DNA of 64,000 nt from contig JAUCBJ010006889.1 in the NCBI GenBank assembly GCA_032718475.1, positions 1 through 64,000 on the forward strand. The letters are read 5' to 3'. The notes below the pieces were generated by a model that was given only the letters and a program-made list of their open reading frames with translations, made no database searches and was not told the origin of the DNA. Below, in pieces: positions 23,301 through 35,075 of this stretch. Source of the DNA: Nemertoderma westbladi (Eukaryota > Animalia > Xenacoelomorpha). Both the position numbers and the translations under genes were made by a program. Each line of letters starts with the position of its first letter. The first letter of the stretch is position 1.

Positions 23301-25640
23301 AGCGATATGGGAATCGGTATAGTAGCCTACCTAAGAGTGGAAACTCCGGATGGAATCAAAGTCGCCTTGGTTACTTCTAAGGCATTAATCAACAACAAGT
23401 TGAAAGTTCCTCGAGCGGAGTTAAAAGCGGCTCTATACGCTACAGCCATCGGCCGGAATGTAACCGAACAGATTGACTATCCATTAGAGAAAACTGTCTA
23501 TTGGACCGACGCTTTACTCGTGTTAGAGTATATAACCAATGAAGTCTGTCAGTTCAGCGTCTTCGTTACCAACAGGGTAGCCATCATACTTAGTCGCACG
23601 ACGATGGACCAATGGAGACATTGCCCCGGAACGATTAATCCAGCAGACATCGCGTCCCGAGGAGCGACTCCAAAGGAATTGGTAAATACTCCCGAATGGT
23701 TAGGAGGACCCGACTTTCTCTACAGGGAAGAAGAAGAATGGCCTCCTCATCTCACAACAGCAGAGATCAGACAGGCCAAGGGAGCGGAGAAAGTTAAACC
23801 CAAAACTCGAGCGAGTAAATCGAAGTTGTTTAAACCTGCGGTTGATCTATCTGTATTATTTACTTCCGGAGATGATGCTTTGGATCAGAAACCCACCGCC
23901 ACGACGAAAGAAGTCTTGGAAATCCGTGACAAGGATTGGAAATCTGGAATACCAGATATCGCGCAAGGATTCTCACCTCTCTTGCAGAGAGCGATACGTC
24001 ACTACAGTTCCTGGAATCGGCTCTGTAAAGCCGTCACCTATTTAAAACGATGTTTTCATCATCGTTACTCCGGGACAAAGACCCATAGTGATGATGCTCC
24101 ATCAACATCTGCACGAGTCCATGTTGTTAAAGATCTTCCCCAATACAGGGTATCCAACAGGTTTCTAAAGGAGAAGATCAGTTACCAGGAGCATGATGAA
24201 ACCAACAAACAGATGCTGAGACTCCTACAATGCTATGAGGATTCCGATAAGTATTTCCTGTTGTTAAGAAATCCGCAGATGCGCTTAAGGGATCGCTTCT
24301 CTAGTACCATGATAGATGGGTTAATACGTGTTGGAGGTAGGCTGACCAACGCCCCATTATCCTTTGACACTAAGTTTCCCATACTCATTAGAAATCTTGA
24401 TATACAAATCAAGATGATTGTAGATGTTCATAGCAAACTGTACCATGCTGGAAGAGAACGAGTTCTGAGCGAAATTCGAACTCGCTACTATTTTTATAAA
24501 CCTCGTAGGGCTCTGAACCAAGTTCTTAGGAATTGTATACCCTGTAGGAAAGCATTCAGTAGGCCTTTAACGCAGCGAGAGGCAGAATTACCTAGGGAAA
24601 GAGTAAGCTTCTATGAACCACCCTTTACTAATACCGGTGTGGATTTATTTGGCCCTATTGAAGTATATCGTGCCCGGACTATAGTCAAGAGATGGTGTAT
24701 CATCTTCGTTTGTATGACTTGTAGAGCTATCCATCTCGATATGGTAAACGATCTATCCACCAACAGCTTCGTGTTGAGTTTACGACGACAGATCGCTCGC
24801 TTCGGAACCAGTAACACGATGAGATCGGATAAGGGAACGAACTTCATTGGCGCCAACAACGAAATTCAAGCTTACGTAAAGGACTGGAATAAAAGACAGG
24901 TGGACGACCAGCTAAGGATAACAGCGTCTAGCTGGACCTTCAACGCCGCCGACGCCCCTTGGTGGGGAGGAAGTTGGGAGAGATTGATTAGGAGCGTGAA
25001 GACTGCATTCCACTTTATTGTGCCTTGTCGCGCTTATCTCACCGACGAACTATTGCGGACGTTAATGGAGGAAATCGCCGCCTATCTCAACGAAAGACCG
25101 CTTATGCCAGTCTCTTCAAATCCTGATTCCCTGGAAGCGCTAACACCCGCGCACTTTCTACTGAAGAAACCCGTAGCCATGCTCCCACGATCGGAGATCA
25201 CAGACGGAGACGAGTACTGCCGTCGAACCTGGCAACTTATGCAGTTGCTATCCCGTCGTTTCGCTGACCATTTCGAGAAACATTACCTGCCCACTCTACA
25301 ACTTCGAACTAAGTGGTTTGCGCAGCAAGAAAACGTCAGCGCTGGAGACATGGTGCTTATTGTGGACCCCGATCTCCCACGTAAGCGATGGCAAACAGGA
25401 CGTATCATCGAGACTTATATCTCGAGCGATGGTTTGGTGCGATCAGTAGAGCTCGTCGTCATGCGGCGGAACTTTAAGAAACCAGGGATAGTCTTTGAGA
25501 CTCAACAGCTCAATCGCCCAGTGGGACGTTTATGTTTACTGGAAAGAGACAGAGAGCTCTCCGGAAACTATGGAAGGCAAGAAACTCTTCCCACGACCAC
25601 TTCCCTAATCCAACCGACATCTAGGGACTCCCCAACTTAA
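20367..25640 (+). CDS. pol: BEL/Pao Gag C-terminus + Pol (triple Cys/His knuckle, aspartic protease, RT, RNase H, integrase)
   Basis: Knuckles CALCDGTHHLNRC, CYNCLRQGHQRRTC and CVKCGAKHHILLH. Protease ALLDSGS; RT RVVFDGS, SDIEGMF and YMDD; RNase H VFGDAS, PRAEL, WTD and NPADIASRG. Integrase HHCC, GVDLFGP, SDKGTNF and WWGGSWERLI. Confidence 0.97.
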   Translation: MADLMSFLDGEVKLQLLKQSREKTSENKVSEKPVSRRKITPVCYTDDGESQTSQGEDSGKDTDRSYYVNKMPKDQVSKFKSRANDRREQVRKTPPTSPKRIQVRKPEEKASVHNVTQNKVSNIKPKCALCDGTHHLNRCDEFLKKSLTERREVMWDKRLCYNCLRQGHQRRTCFSDIRCVKCGAKHHILLHAEFDRNSPNQVSDSELHVQFSDVNDTDQSEMEGFYTDEFSDENESCYMINTAVYRALTYEKDIDNDFTLTTSERQPSWKEPSSNVGIREFPVVQVRVHGPKRSYVVNALLDSGSTGTFIDKELAEDIFAGQPKFQTKLNMSGIMQVWKSTITADYYVGALSTPQDELGEHSIRSVKMVAIKNFATTQADLYNWDEDESIQHLNIPRFQTDYPGVQILIGQNAHEALETLEKRPAQPQPLQTYAVRTRVGWYFTGPSRRTLKERLPQERVCQVSEWEDDTSEGDDSIEGIPYSSDNDDIHQLFDEENTIDLLKENEAWQNQVNLCQLLYPSEREAYNDELNDVIERCNAKTRDEHAVRFFTQEAVEPNSYDKALSVEEERAKQIQETTTRFLKDQGRYEVGLPFRKREPKFINNRPLAEKRIAQLHRRLTANSSAKAMYQTQLEKFINKGYAERVPEETPVTERTYYLTHHYVPKPGKPHEVRVVFDGSALYMGQSLNSELLPGPNLLQSLLGILLRLRQYSIAFASDIEGMFLQVKVLDRDRDSLRFLWWPEGDLNQKPVEYWMTIQAFGIISSPSNSCSVVRTTAEDNREAFSKEVIDNIKRDIYMDDNLKSLPSVEEAIEVAKGTVECLKRGGFRLTKFTSNSREFLESIPAEDRGAKDLDLIKDDLPETKTLGLKWDTERDILFFQLKQRDNPVRTKRICLSILSTYFDPLGFISPVILIARSLVQQMWLENHSWDDPLKGELLKQWMKWEDSLPAIEDFIISRSYFGHVLPTYSYQLHVFGDASDMGIGIVAYLRVETPDGIKVALVTSKALINNKLKVPRAELKAALYATAIGRNVTEQIDYPLEKTVYWTDALLVLEYITNEVCQFSVFVTNRVAIILSRTTMDQWRHCPGTINPADIASRGATPKELVNTPEWLGGPDFLYREEEEWPPHLTTAEIRQAKGAEKVKPKTRASKSKLFKPAVDLSVLFTSGDDALDQKPTATTKEVLEIRDKDWKSGIPDIAQGFSPLLQRAIRHYSSWNRLCKAVTYLKRCFHHRYSGTKTHSDDAPSTSARVHVVKDLPQYRVSNRFLKEKISYQEHDETNKQMLRLLQCYEDSDKYFLLLRNPQMRLRDRFSSTMIDGLIRVGGRLTNAPLSFDTKFPILIRNLDIQIKMIVDVHSKLYHAGRERVLSEIRTRYYFYKPRRALNQVLRNCIPCRKAFSRPLTQREAELPRERVSFYEPPFTNTGVDLFGPIEVYRARTIVKRWCIIFVCMTCRAIHLDMVNDLSTNSFVLSLRRQIARFGTSNTMRSDKGTNFIGANNEIQAYVKDWNKRQVDDQLRITASSWTFNAADAPWWGGSWERLIRSVKTAFHFIVPCRAYLTDELLRTLMEEIAAYLNERPLMPVSSNPDSLEALTPAHFLLKKPVAMLPRSEITDGDEYCRRTWQLMQLLSRRFADHFEKHYLPTLQLRTKWFAQQENVSAGDMVLIVDPDLPRKRWQTGRIIETYISSDGLVRSVELVVMRRNFKKPGIVFETQQLNRPVGRLCLLERDRELSGNYGRQETLPTTTSLIQPTSRDSPT

Positions 25641-27286
25641 TATCGTTCGGAGTGGGCGTGTGACTCTATTATTTTATATTATTTTATTATTTTTATATTT
25701 ATGTATATATTACTATGTAATTTTATTATAATCGTTTTATTTAATTTAGTAGAATATTATTTAGCGATTATTTTGTAGAATAGTGCAATATATTCGTGTT
25801 TATTACGTAAGTAATTACTTATATTATATTTAGTGAGACGGCGAAGAAATAATTATTTTTCTCTTTCCTTACTGTCCGTATTATATTATAAATACGTAAC
25901 TACAGTAAGATGAAATGTCCGTACTTATTAAAGTACAATAAAGCCACTACTATATTTAAGTATTATTGGTAGGCAGAGTATTAGGAATGCAAAGTTCAGA
26001 TCCTCGTGTCTCGGCTAAACCAAGCTCTGGGTAGACCTTGGAAACGACTTGCCTCTTCACACTGACATTGCTTCGTGCGATATTGCTCTCATACCGTATA
26101 TTAAATAATACATATAGTAGCGTGATGTCCCTTTAACAGTAGCGTATAACGCAAAATAAATCTGTTAAACCCTTTGACCATCTGTAATTCTAGTCGATTA
26201 AGATATCGTGGCACCCACCGATATACTTGAAAGACAAATTATAGAATCAGTGGTTAACGTCCCCAGACAAGTTCTGGAATAAATCGGTGCCCATCTCAAA
26301 TATTAATTAGTTAATATTTACAAATCAAATAAGTCAAAATCTGTAAAATTCAGATCCTTCAACAATTCTAGTCAATTAAGATATCGTAGCATTTACCGAT
26401 ATTCTTAAAGAGACAATTTTCTTAGAATTAAGGATCTTGTGTCCCTAGACAAGTTCTAGAATCAAAATATGTCCATTTAATTATCAAATAATAAAATTTC
26501 AGGGAATAAATTTAAATTCATGTCTTTTAATGAATTTAATAAATTGCCATTTTACGCAATTTAGAACATTCCCAAAATTCCATTAATTAATAGATCAAGG
26601 GAGCGGAGATTTATATTATTATGCGTATGCGTGTACGAAAGTCTCCCAAACATAGTTAATAGCCGATAAAATTCGTAAAGTCATGTATAAACGGGACATT
26701 GACTATTAAAGAATTCCTATTAAATAACATCCCAGATCTGTATGCATTGGAATCACCCTAATTCTACCGCTAGCTTTACATAATGTCACCATAGCAACAA
26801 CCACGCTAGAATTAGAATTGAGTTAAAAGAACAATAGAAAGCTTGTCCCATTGAATAGCATAGGGAATAAATAGCGCACTGCTAGTATCCAAGGATACAT
26901 AATAATACAGTGACATTCTGGAAGGCATTGACTAACGGACAAATGGCCCGAATGTGCGTAGTTGTGACCAGTTGTGTGGTATTTGTGAGTTTATAGGTGA
27001 ATGTTACTGCTAAAGTGTGTTTACAGTAGCTAGTCGCAATCGTAAAAGTAACCTAACTCTCCAAGGAAAACCTGAAGTACATCTAAGCCTTTGGGACGGA
27101 CAGTCGAGTGACTTGTGCCGGTTGTCGTTGTCGTTGTGCGGCTACGTCGTTGGCGAAAGTACAGCGGCGACGACACATCGGCGCTGAGGATCTCGTACTG
27201 TCCGGGGGTTGATTGGGGTAGGCAGCGACGCCCGCTCGCCTAAATATAAACTCATTATAATATGAATAAACTCATATATAGCAGAT

Positions 27287-28246
27287 ATGACGGAGTTGAT
27301 AGAAGATGTTCTTGGTATCGGGGAGCGATATACTCTACTTTTGCAAGCGTTTGTTGATAGCTTAATACGCGGCGACGTTAGTCCAACTGCTGCGGAGGAC
27401 GATGGTCGTTATATCGAACCACCAATGTCCCAAGAGCAGCTCGCGCGCGAGTTGGACTATAGAAAATTCGCTGCTCGATATACGCAGCGTAATGGTACGT
27501 ATATGGCCTTCTTAACTACTGGTCATCCTATCGATTTACACGATATAGACGATATAGACACCAAAAGGGAAATGGTTCTATTTAAATATCATACCCAGCG
27601 GAGGCGGAACAATAAACCGAGAATCGAACATGAGAATTCTATGCAAAACCGAATCGAAAGAGAAGACGTTGAGGAGCCGGATAAACGCAGCGACTTCAAC
27701 GATTATCTGGAATTCCTGATAGAAACATATCTCAATATTGCCAGTCAACAAAATCTAGAATCTCGATATCCTTAAGGTATACATCATGACTGCATGGTAG
27801 AACTCAAACGGCTCGATTCCCCTATGATGTATCTTACCGCCGATCGACCGCTACCTGTTGTACCGAATAGCTTCGAACGGATGGAGGAATATTGTAAGCT
27901 GGAGAACGATCACCCGCGTTTCCCCTACAAGACGTATGTTTTTGGGTATTATTGCGATGAATGCCCAAGACCCAACCAACAAACGGAAAGACATAAACAT
28001 CCGCGGAGACGTTGCTTTAAACACGGTTTCACTCGCTATACTTACAGGAGTTTCGAGCGAAACTTGTTCAATGTATCACCTACGCTCGTTCGACTCAGAC
28101 GATCCTTAAATAAACCAATGATCAGAGTTTCGGAATACTCGATCAGAGCTCCTCATTCCCTAGTGAGACCTCAGACTCTTGATCCTATTAGTATGACGGA
28201 TCCTCCCGAGCTGTATTCACTGTTCAAAGATCTAGTGCTACCCTAA
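27287..28246 (+). CDS. 3' accessory ORF(s) of the BEL element (162 aa + 150 aa, same frame, one TAA between them)
   Basis: 27287-27775 and 27794-28246 are in frame. The second contains CDEC...H...C..H. No transmembrane or signal segment, so not an obvious env. Confidence 0.45.
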
Positions 28247-28876
28247 CAATTAATCGGTAACACTCCGACAGTGATTTCTAGCTAGCCGCCCATCTTACCT
28301 AGCCGGATTGTGACGCGGACACCTAATATCACTATCCAACCGTATGGTCGTCCCCGTTTAACGCGATACAACCCCTCATCAAGGTGAAGGAGAGCGTTGT
28401 ACGAAACGAGTTAAACGCTATTCTATAAAGATCAAAAAAGATACCTGCGTTTGTTCAGATAAACGTAAGTTATAACAGTAAGTCCAATCGATAAACGAAT
28501 TGGCCTTATCTCAATTCGATTGGGAAATCCAGAATCTCTAAGAAGTTATCGAACTTGGACGATCCTATTCTCTGCGAGAGTTTTTGGATGAACGTATCCA
28601 GCTACGAGCGGAGGAAAATCAGCTCGAGGAGAAGCATATCGAAACGGCAGATACCTCGACCACAATCCTACACCTTCTGATGCAATCATATTGCACCCTT
28701 CACCCAGGAGTTATGGCCCTCCTAGTAAAGTGGCTTCCCCCAAAGAGAAAAGGACTCTTGCTAGCCTCAAAAAACTGCGTAAACGCCGTCCGCGCAAGAA
28801 AGACTAACTGTTTAGAGTATTTTTGTATATTAGAAATTGTGATTTTGTATATTTTATAGACTTAAATCCCATTTTC

Positions 28877-28885
28877 TGGGAGCGG
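28877..28885 (+). promoter_or_regulatory. Short polypurine tract before the 3' LTR
   Basis: (T)GGGAGCGG directly abuts the TG of the 3' LTR. Confidence 0.6.
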
Positions 28886-30080
28886 TGTAAAAGCTTTTGC
28901 TGAATTGTCCGGTTATTTTTCCTTATTTTTCCCGTAAAATACTCTGTAGTTGGTTTACCAGGCATAAAAAGGCCGTGTCCTTGCTGTACTGGTGTTTTAG
29001 CGGACATAAAAGCTATTTCTTCTGTATTTGTACTTTAGAGGACATAATCCGTAATTCCGTGACGTAAAAGCTCGATACTCTTGAAAACAGTGTCGCTACC
29101 ATGACGACGGCTAGCAGCTGATATTGCCACGTCGACGTTTCTTTGTTTCTTTGTTCTCTCGTTGTTCAGGTTGACCAATCAGAGCGTTTGTTGTCTCTGT
29201 GTTGGAGGTATATACAGAAACTCAGTAGTTCAGTGTTATGTTTTTTGCCCAGAGCCTAAGAACCGGCTTTTGGCACCTCCGTGTTTCAGTTTTTAGTCTT
29301 ACACTAGTAGGTTTAATTATAAGGACATATATCCTTTAACTGCTAACTGATCATACATACTGACTGCTGAAACATTGCAAACTCATAACAATCAGTGTTC
29401 AGTTGTTGTTTTATACTGCTATTTACTGTCAGTTCTTCATAATATGGTTGATGAATTATTATATTTGGAATAACGATAAATAACCCCGAAACCCAATATT
29501 CTTGATATACCGAAGGTAAGAGAGAAGGGTTACAGATAAACGATTGTGACTTATGTTAAAGTGGTTTGAAGTGAATCTAATGTTATTTGATAGACCCTAC
29601 ATGAGTCAGTCTGTGTTCCTTTTATATGTGACTAAAATCAGTGAAGATTAGCAGATTAGTGTGCAGTATTGTGCAGCATTGTGTATGAGTGAGTCTGTTA
29701 AAGAAGCAATTCCTAAAGAATGCGCCATATATGTGAATTATAATTGAGCCATATCGTTGTGAGTAGTTTAAGTCATAACTCTGTTTATATAGATAAAGCG
29801 CCACGTCCTAAAGGAACTGTTAATATTCCCGAAGGTGAATAATATTGTCAGAGATTATATAATACTGTCAGTCGAATAATACATTAGGCTTACATTGCAA
29901 TAAAATTAAACCGTCGAACCCAATCTCCCGGGAATATCCAGCGGGTGAATGATCGCGCACAGATTGGTTTCGACTAGTGTAGTGAATCAAATACTTGTCA
30001 TAGACTAAAAACCGATTTAATATCTAGAAGACATCTTAATTTGGTGGGTTAAACTGCCAAAAGGTCTGAAAGCGCGAACA
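28886..30080 (+). repeat. 3' LTR
   Basis: Direct repeat of 12729-13923, followed by the TSD ACAGC. Confidence 0.97.
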
Positions 30081-30360
30081 ACAGCAAAGCCTACAGCGCT
30101 AACTGGTACTGAATTGCTAGTATGGTAAAAGTCACCAAATTATGGAGTGTGCTAGTAGTATTGGTTACCCCTATTCTGCGACAGTTGGACCAACTTCACA
30201 CCTTAGGTGTTTTAAGTAGGTCATTAATTAATTAATTAATTGGTCGATAAACAATTAATTAATTGTTTAATCGATCGATTTGTATCAAATAATGTTGCCA
30301 AAGGCAATTTAATTTGATACAAATCAATCAGACAGGGGACGCGCGATGAATAGATAGTAG

Positions 30361-33345
30361 GAATTGGAATTGGAATTTTTTATTTGACATTAAATCAGTT
30401 AAAAACAAGCACTAAAGATAGCATTAAAATATAACATATGAAGTGTAAGGAAAAGGTAAAGGCAACAAACCAATGTACAGTATGGTATTCAACATGTCCT
30501 AGAAAAAGTATTTTAACGGAAAACAGTACAAAACAAACATAGATAAATAAAATGACCTTCAATAAATTTTAAACACCATTTACAACATAATTATGGTAAG
30601 ACATTTCTATTTCAGGATTTAGGGCCAACAATACGAGATACGGACCGATACGAGATGAAAGGTGTAAGTGCAGCAACTATAAAAATTATTGAAATTTTAC
30701 CAAAAATTATTGTAATTATGATAAGGGATTTAGGACCATACGAAGACAGTGGATACGAGGTGCAAGGTATAAATAAAAGAAACAACAACAGAATAATTAT
30801 AAAAACGTTCGACACCAATAAAATCTATATTTTATGAACTGTATTTATTTCTATTGTCTTACTAAAAATATTATGTACTGTAGTTATTTATAATAAGTTT
30901 ACCGCGTTAAGTTAGAAATTATAAATACACAATGCATATATTATATATACTAAGACTTAATTACAGAATTGAGCAGTGATTTGTGTTAGCTTATCCAATT
31001 CCGCTAACATGAACCCACAAAGTAAGCCGTTGAGCAATATTGGGAGCACGAGGTTGATTACCAATCAACCTCGTGTCAGCCCAGTAAACGGGGACAATAG
31101 GCCCCAAAGGAGACACACACAATAAGGGTTAGGGGCCAAACCCCTAACAGAGAGAGAACAACAGGGGCAACGGGAAACACACCAGGGAAGGTGAAAGGGC
31201 GAGAAGTGGGACATTAGCCAATGGGGGGACAGCATCGACTAGGTACAGTAATATGGCCAACTGTGCAGTACATATATTACCTGTTGGTGCTTCCCTATTC
31301 AGTTTAGTTTACTCAGTCAGATCAGTAGGGTGGAACGGGGACTTCTGTCACCGTCCGCTACCGCCATCATACTTATCTACCGGTAACCGTGTCATACTAT
31401 ACTGTGCTATATCAGACTATTATACCTTTATACATATTACCGAACATCAGAACTCTTTTACCTTTCACACACGGCGGGGACGCGTAGATAGAAAACCCAA
31501 CGGATAAACCGGGATCCGTAGATCCCGTCACAATTTGCCGTCGAGGATAACCCCATGAGACATCTCGTTTTCATGAGGGTCCTCACTATATCAGGAAATA
31601 TTAAAATCGATAAAGGTTCTATGAAGTTGATACATATAGTATTGTAGTATGTTACATATGTACATTATTGCAAATTTTAAGTCGAATTGCAATAATTTAG
31701 GAAGAACTAAATAATATAAAACACAATTAGGCGAATAAATATAAATATTACTAATAACCATGACTAATTAATATCCATTAAGTTAAAATATTCTGGGCAT
31801 AGGAGTTTCACTCATAACTTTTAGCAAGGAGTTTTCCTCCCTTCGGTTATCCCCTCCTCGTAAAATAAAATAAGAACATAAATAAAATAAAAACATAAAA
31901 TAAAATAAAAACGTACTGTATATACATGAAATAGGTATTATCTTAAAAACAATCTTAAAGCATAAGATGTCGTATCCTTTAGGCATATATAGAGTTTTCC
32001 TCCTCGATCAGTTTGTTAAGCAAGTATGATTTAACTTTGTGTTTAAAGGTCTCAATTGTTGGGGCGTTTTTTATGTCCGATGGCAACGCATTCCACAGAA
32101 CTGGTCCCTGATGAGCGAAAGATTCACAACCAACTGTTGTGCGGTGGAAGGGGACAACAGCCTGAGAAACCCCACTACGTAAACGAGCAGAGCTGTCCGA
32201 GAAGGTAACCAAGTCCTGCAGGTAGGCTGGGGATTGGTGGTTTCGAATACGAAACATATGTGTTAGTATTATTTGCTGAACACGTTCCCGTATTGGTAAC
32301 CAGTTTATTTCAACTAGATCCTCTATACCGATGTGGCTACGAGGTCGACGAGACAGACAATACCGTATGCATTTCCTCAATAACGCATCTGCCTGCCTTT
32401 TTAGTTGCGATGGGGCACTTATGTACCAGCAAGGGGAAGCAAAGTCAAGGTGAGGTTGAATCAAAGTATTGACAAGAGGCCGCCGGAGCGATTGAGGGAT
32501 AGATGCTGAGTTCCGATAGAGGAAGCGGAGTGTTGCATTTCCTTTACGAATAGCTTTACGAGCAGCCATTTCACCTGACAGTGATGGATCAAGAGGACAT
32601 CCAAGGAAGTTAACAGTTTTTCCTGCTGGGAGACTTTTACCTTGGTAGATTACATTAAAGTTGTCAACATCTGAAAGTCGCTGATGAGTTCCAAAAAGCA
32701 TAACCTCGAACTTTTCTGGGTGTATGCTTAAACGGTTGTTTATTGCCCATGTTGACACTTTCGATAGCTTATTTGCTAATGACTTAGCTATTTCTGCAGG
32801 ATTTGTGCCAGAAGTAAGTAGGTTAGTGTCATCAACATACTTTGGCGATGGGTCTGCTTGTGTATCGACAGTTTCTTCTCTAGGATTGGCTAGCATTACC
32901 TTGTTGCTAACTACCGCTGGTCCTATTGCTAGGTTTTGCTTGTTGCCCAAGGTCTTCTTGGAATTCGAAGGAGAATGGGTTGTGGCATCCAGTGTTTGGG
33001 TTAGAGAAGTACCTTCGATGGCGAGGTTAAAGTCGTTAATGTAGTCGAGAAACATTAGCACACCAAGAAGGGACCCTTGTGGAACACCTATATCAGTTGA
33101 TAATACCTGTGATTTAGAGTTTGCAATTTGGACAAATTGAGAGCGACCAGTCAAATGTGAGCGGAACCATAAAACAGTGGATTGTGAAAAGCCAATACAT
33201 TTCAGTTTATGAAGCAGAAGGTTATGGTCAACTGTATCAAAAGCACGCTGGAGATCTATGGCTACCATTCTGACGAGTTTACCAGAATCCATTGCATTCT
33301 TTATATAGTTATCTAGAAATAGCAGGGAGGTCTGGACAGAGTGTC
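30361..33345 (-). mobile_element. 5'-truncated L2/Crack-like LINE (RT ORF about 33345-31979, long 3' UTR)
   Basis: IDLQRAFDTVDH, GVPQGSLLG, YVDD, NNRLSIHPEK and IQPHLDFA motifs. Minus-strand AATAAA + (ATTCCA)n tail at about 30361-30385. It splits the Polinton left TIR. Confidence 0.85.
30984..31532 (+). mobile_element. Solo LTR related to the 3586-4239 BEL LTR
   Basis: TG...CA ends, 5-bp TSD ATTTG (30979-30983, 31533-31537), and shared GATCCCGTCACA end. Confidence 0.88.
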
Positions 33346-34178
33346 CAGGCCTAGGTACAGTAGATATCGTAGTAGTAGATATCGAGATCCAGTAGGTACA
33401 GTAGATAAAATATACAATACAATAGGTACCATACAGTACAATATACAGTACATTTGTATTATTTTTGTCGTACAATCGAATGATAGAATGAAATTAAAGA
33501 TGCGAGCGGGGCCCAAAACATAAATTACCATTTCAGGAAAATACGTGGGCCAGTTTGGCCCCGACTCAGATTACTCTGATTACTCTGATTGCCTTCTTTC
33601 ACATTGTACTTTATGAAGTGTGCGCCTAACCGCACATAATTAAATAAGGCCCTGTTTTAATACATAAGTTATATACAGTTTATCTACAATTTATTTCATT
33701 TGTTTTTATTTACAACCCTAATTGTTCTATTGTATTATAATTTATGTTTTATTATAACAAGCTATATCCTGTTAATCTTTATTAATTTTATTTGTACTGA
33801 GGTTTTCGAGGGCGCTGTTTCCAACGGTCCTATTCTCAAAACGATCTAACCTACTGTATAATTAATTACTTAAGTCTGCGAGGTATATGTAATTAACAAA
33901 TCTCGTTTACCAGCTTTCCTTAAAAACTATGAAGCTATATTGCTTAAGAGTTCTGAGGGGCGAGCCATGAGGCGAGATGTTTGAGACTTTTTTAGATATA
34001 TTATTACTTAATTTTGACCCCCCAGTCGGTATCTATTACAATATAGGCTATATCTTTTTGCGGAGTCACAGAGTAGTCTGAAGTTCCGAGTCTGCTGCTA
34101 GAGGGTGAAATGTCTCAAAGTGAAAACCATACAGTAGCTATGAATTGGTTGCTAGGCAATAATACTACATTTTGTATT

Positions 34179-35075
34179 TGAGTGAGGGAGTGAGTGAGTG
34201 AGTGAGTGAGTGAGTGAGTGAGTGAGTGAGTGAGTGAGTGAGTGAGTGAGTGAGTGAGTGAGTGAGTGAGTGAGTGAGTGAGTGAGTGAGTGAGTGAGTG
34301 AGTGAGTGAGTGAGTGAGTGAGTGAGTGAGTGAGTGAGTGAGTGAGTGAGTGAGTGAGTGAGTGAGTGAGTGAGTGAGTGAGTGAGTGAGTGAGTGAGTG
34401 AGTGAGTGAGTGAGTGAGTGAGTGAGTGAGTGAGTGAGTGAGTGAGTGAGTGAGTGAGTGAGTGAGTGAGTGAGTGAGTGAGTGAGTGAGTGAGTGAGTG
34501 AGTGAGTGAGTGAGTGAGTGAGTGAGTGAGTGAGTGAGTGAGTGAGTGAGTGAGTGAGTGAGTGAGTGAGTGAGTGAGTGAGTGAGTGAGTGAGTGAGTG
34601 AGTGAGTGAGTGAGTGAGTGAGTGAGTGAGTGAGTGAGTGAGTGAGTGAGTGAGTGAGTGAGTGAGTGAGTGAGTGAGTGAGTGAGTGAGTGAGTGAGTG
34701 AGTGAGTGAGTGAGTGAGTGAGTGAGTGAGTGAGTGAGTGAGTGAGTGAGTGAGTGAGTGAGTGAGTGAGTGAGTGAGTGAGTGAGTGAGTGAGTGAGTG
34801 AGTGAGTGAGTGAGTGAGTGAGTGAGTGAGTGAGTGAGTGAGTGAGTGAGTGAGTGAGTGAGTGAGTGAGTGAGTGAGTGAGTGATTGAGTGAGTGAGTG
34901 AGTGAGTGAGTGAGGGAGTTAGGGAATGAGGGAGTAAGGGAGTGAGGGAGGGAGTGAGTGAGGGAGTAAGGGAGTGAGGGAATGAGGGAATGAGGGAGTG
35001 ATGGATTGAGGGAATGAGGGAGTGAGGGGGTGAGGTAGTGAGGGAGTGACGGAGTGAGGGAGTGAGTGAGTGAGG
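34179..35075. repeat. (GAGT)n microsatellite, ~0.9 kb
   Basis: Direct reading; flanked by a 43-bp direct repeat. Confidence 0.98.

Larger units (their letters stand above)
12729..30080 (+). mobile_element. Full-length BEL/Pao LTR retrotransposon, 17,352 bp, recent insertion
   Basis: LTRs 12729-13923 and 28886-30080 (1195 bp, TG...CA; only 3 substitutions spotted by eye). 5-bp TSD ACAGC at 12724-12728 and 30081-30085. PR-RT-RH-IN order with BEL motifs. Confidence 0.97.

Noticed and set aside
27150-27195. GAAA...CTGAGGA type II hammerhead candidate
   Set aside because: Required stems II and III do not pair; the region folds better as a rod.
27287-28246. Possible env gene
   Set aside because: No signal peptide, transmembrane helix or fusion-protein features; kept only as an unknown accessory ORF.
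33346-33475. N-terminal 45 aa of the 498-aa RT ORF
   Set aside because: Read-in from Polinton TIR sequence; the same text occurs inverted at 40630-40735.
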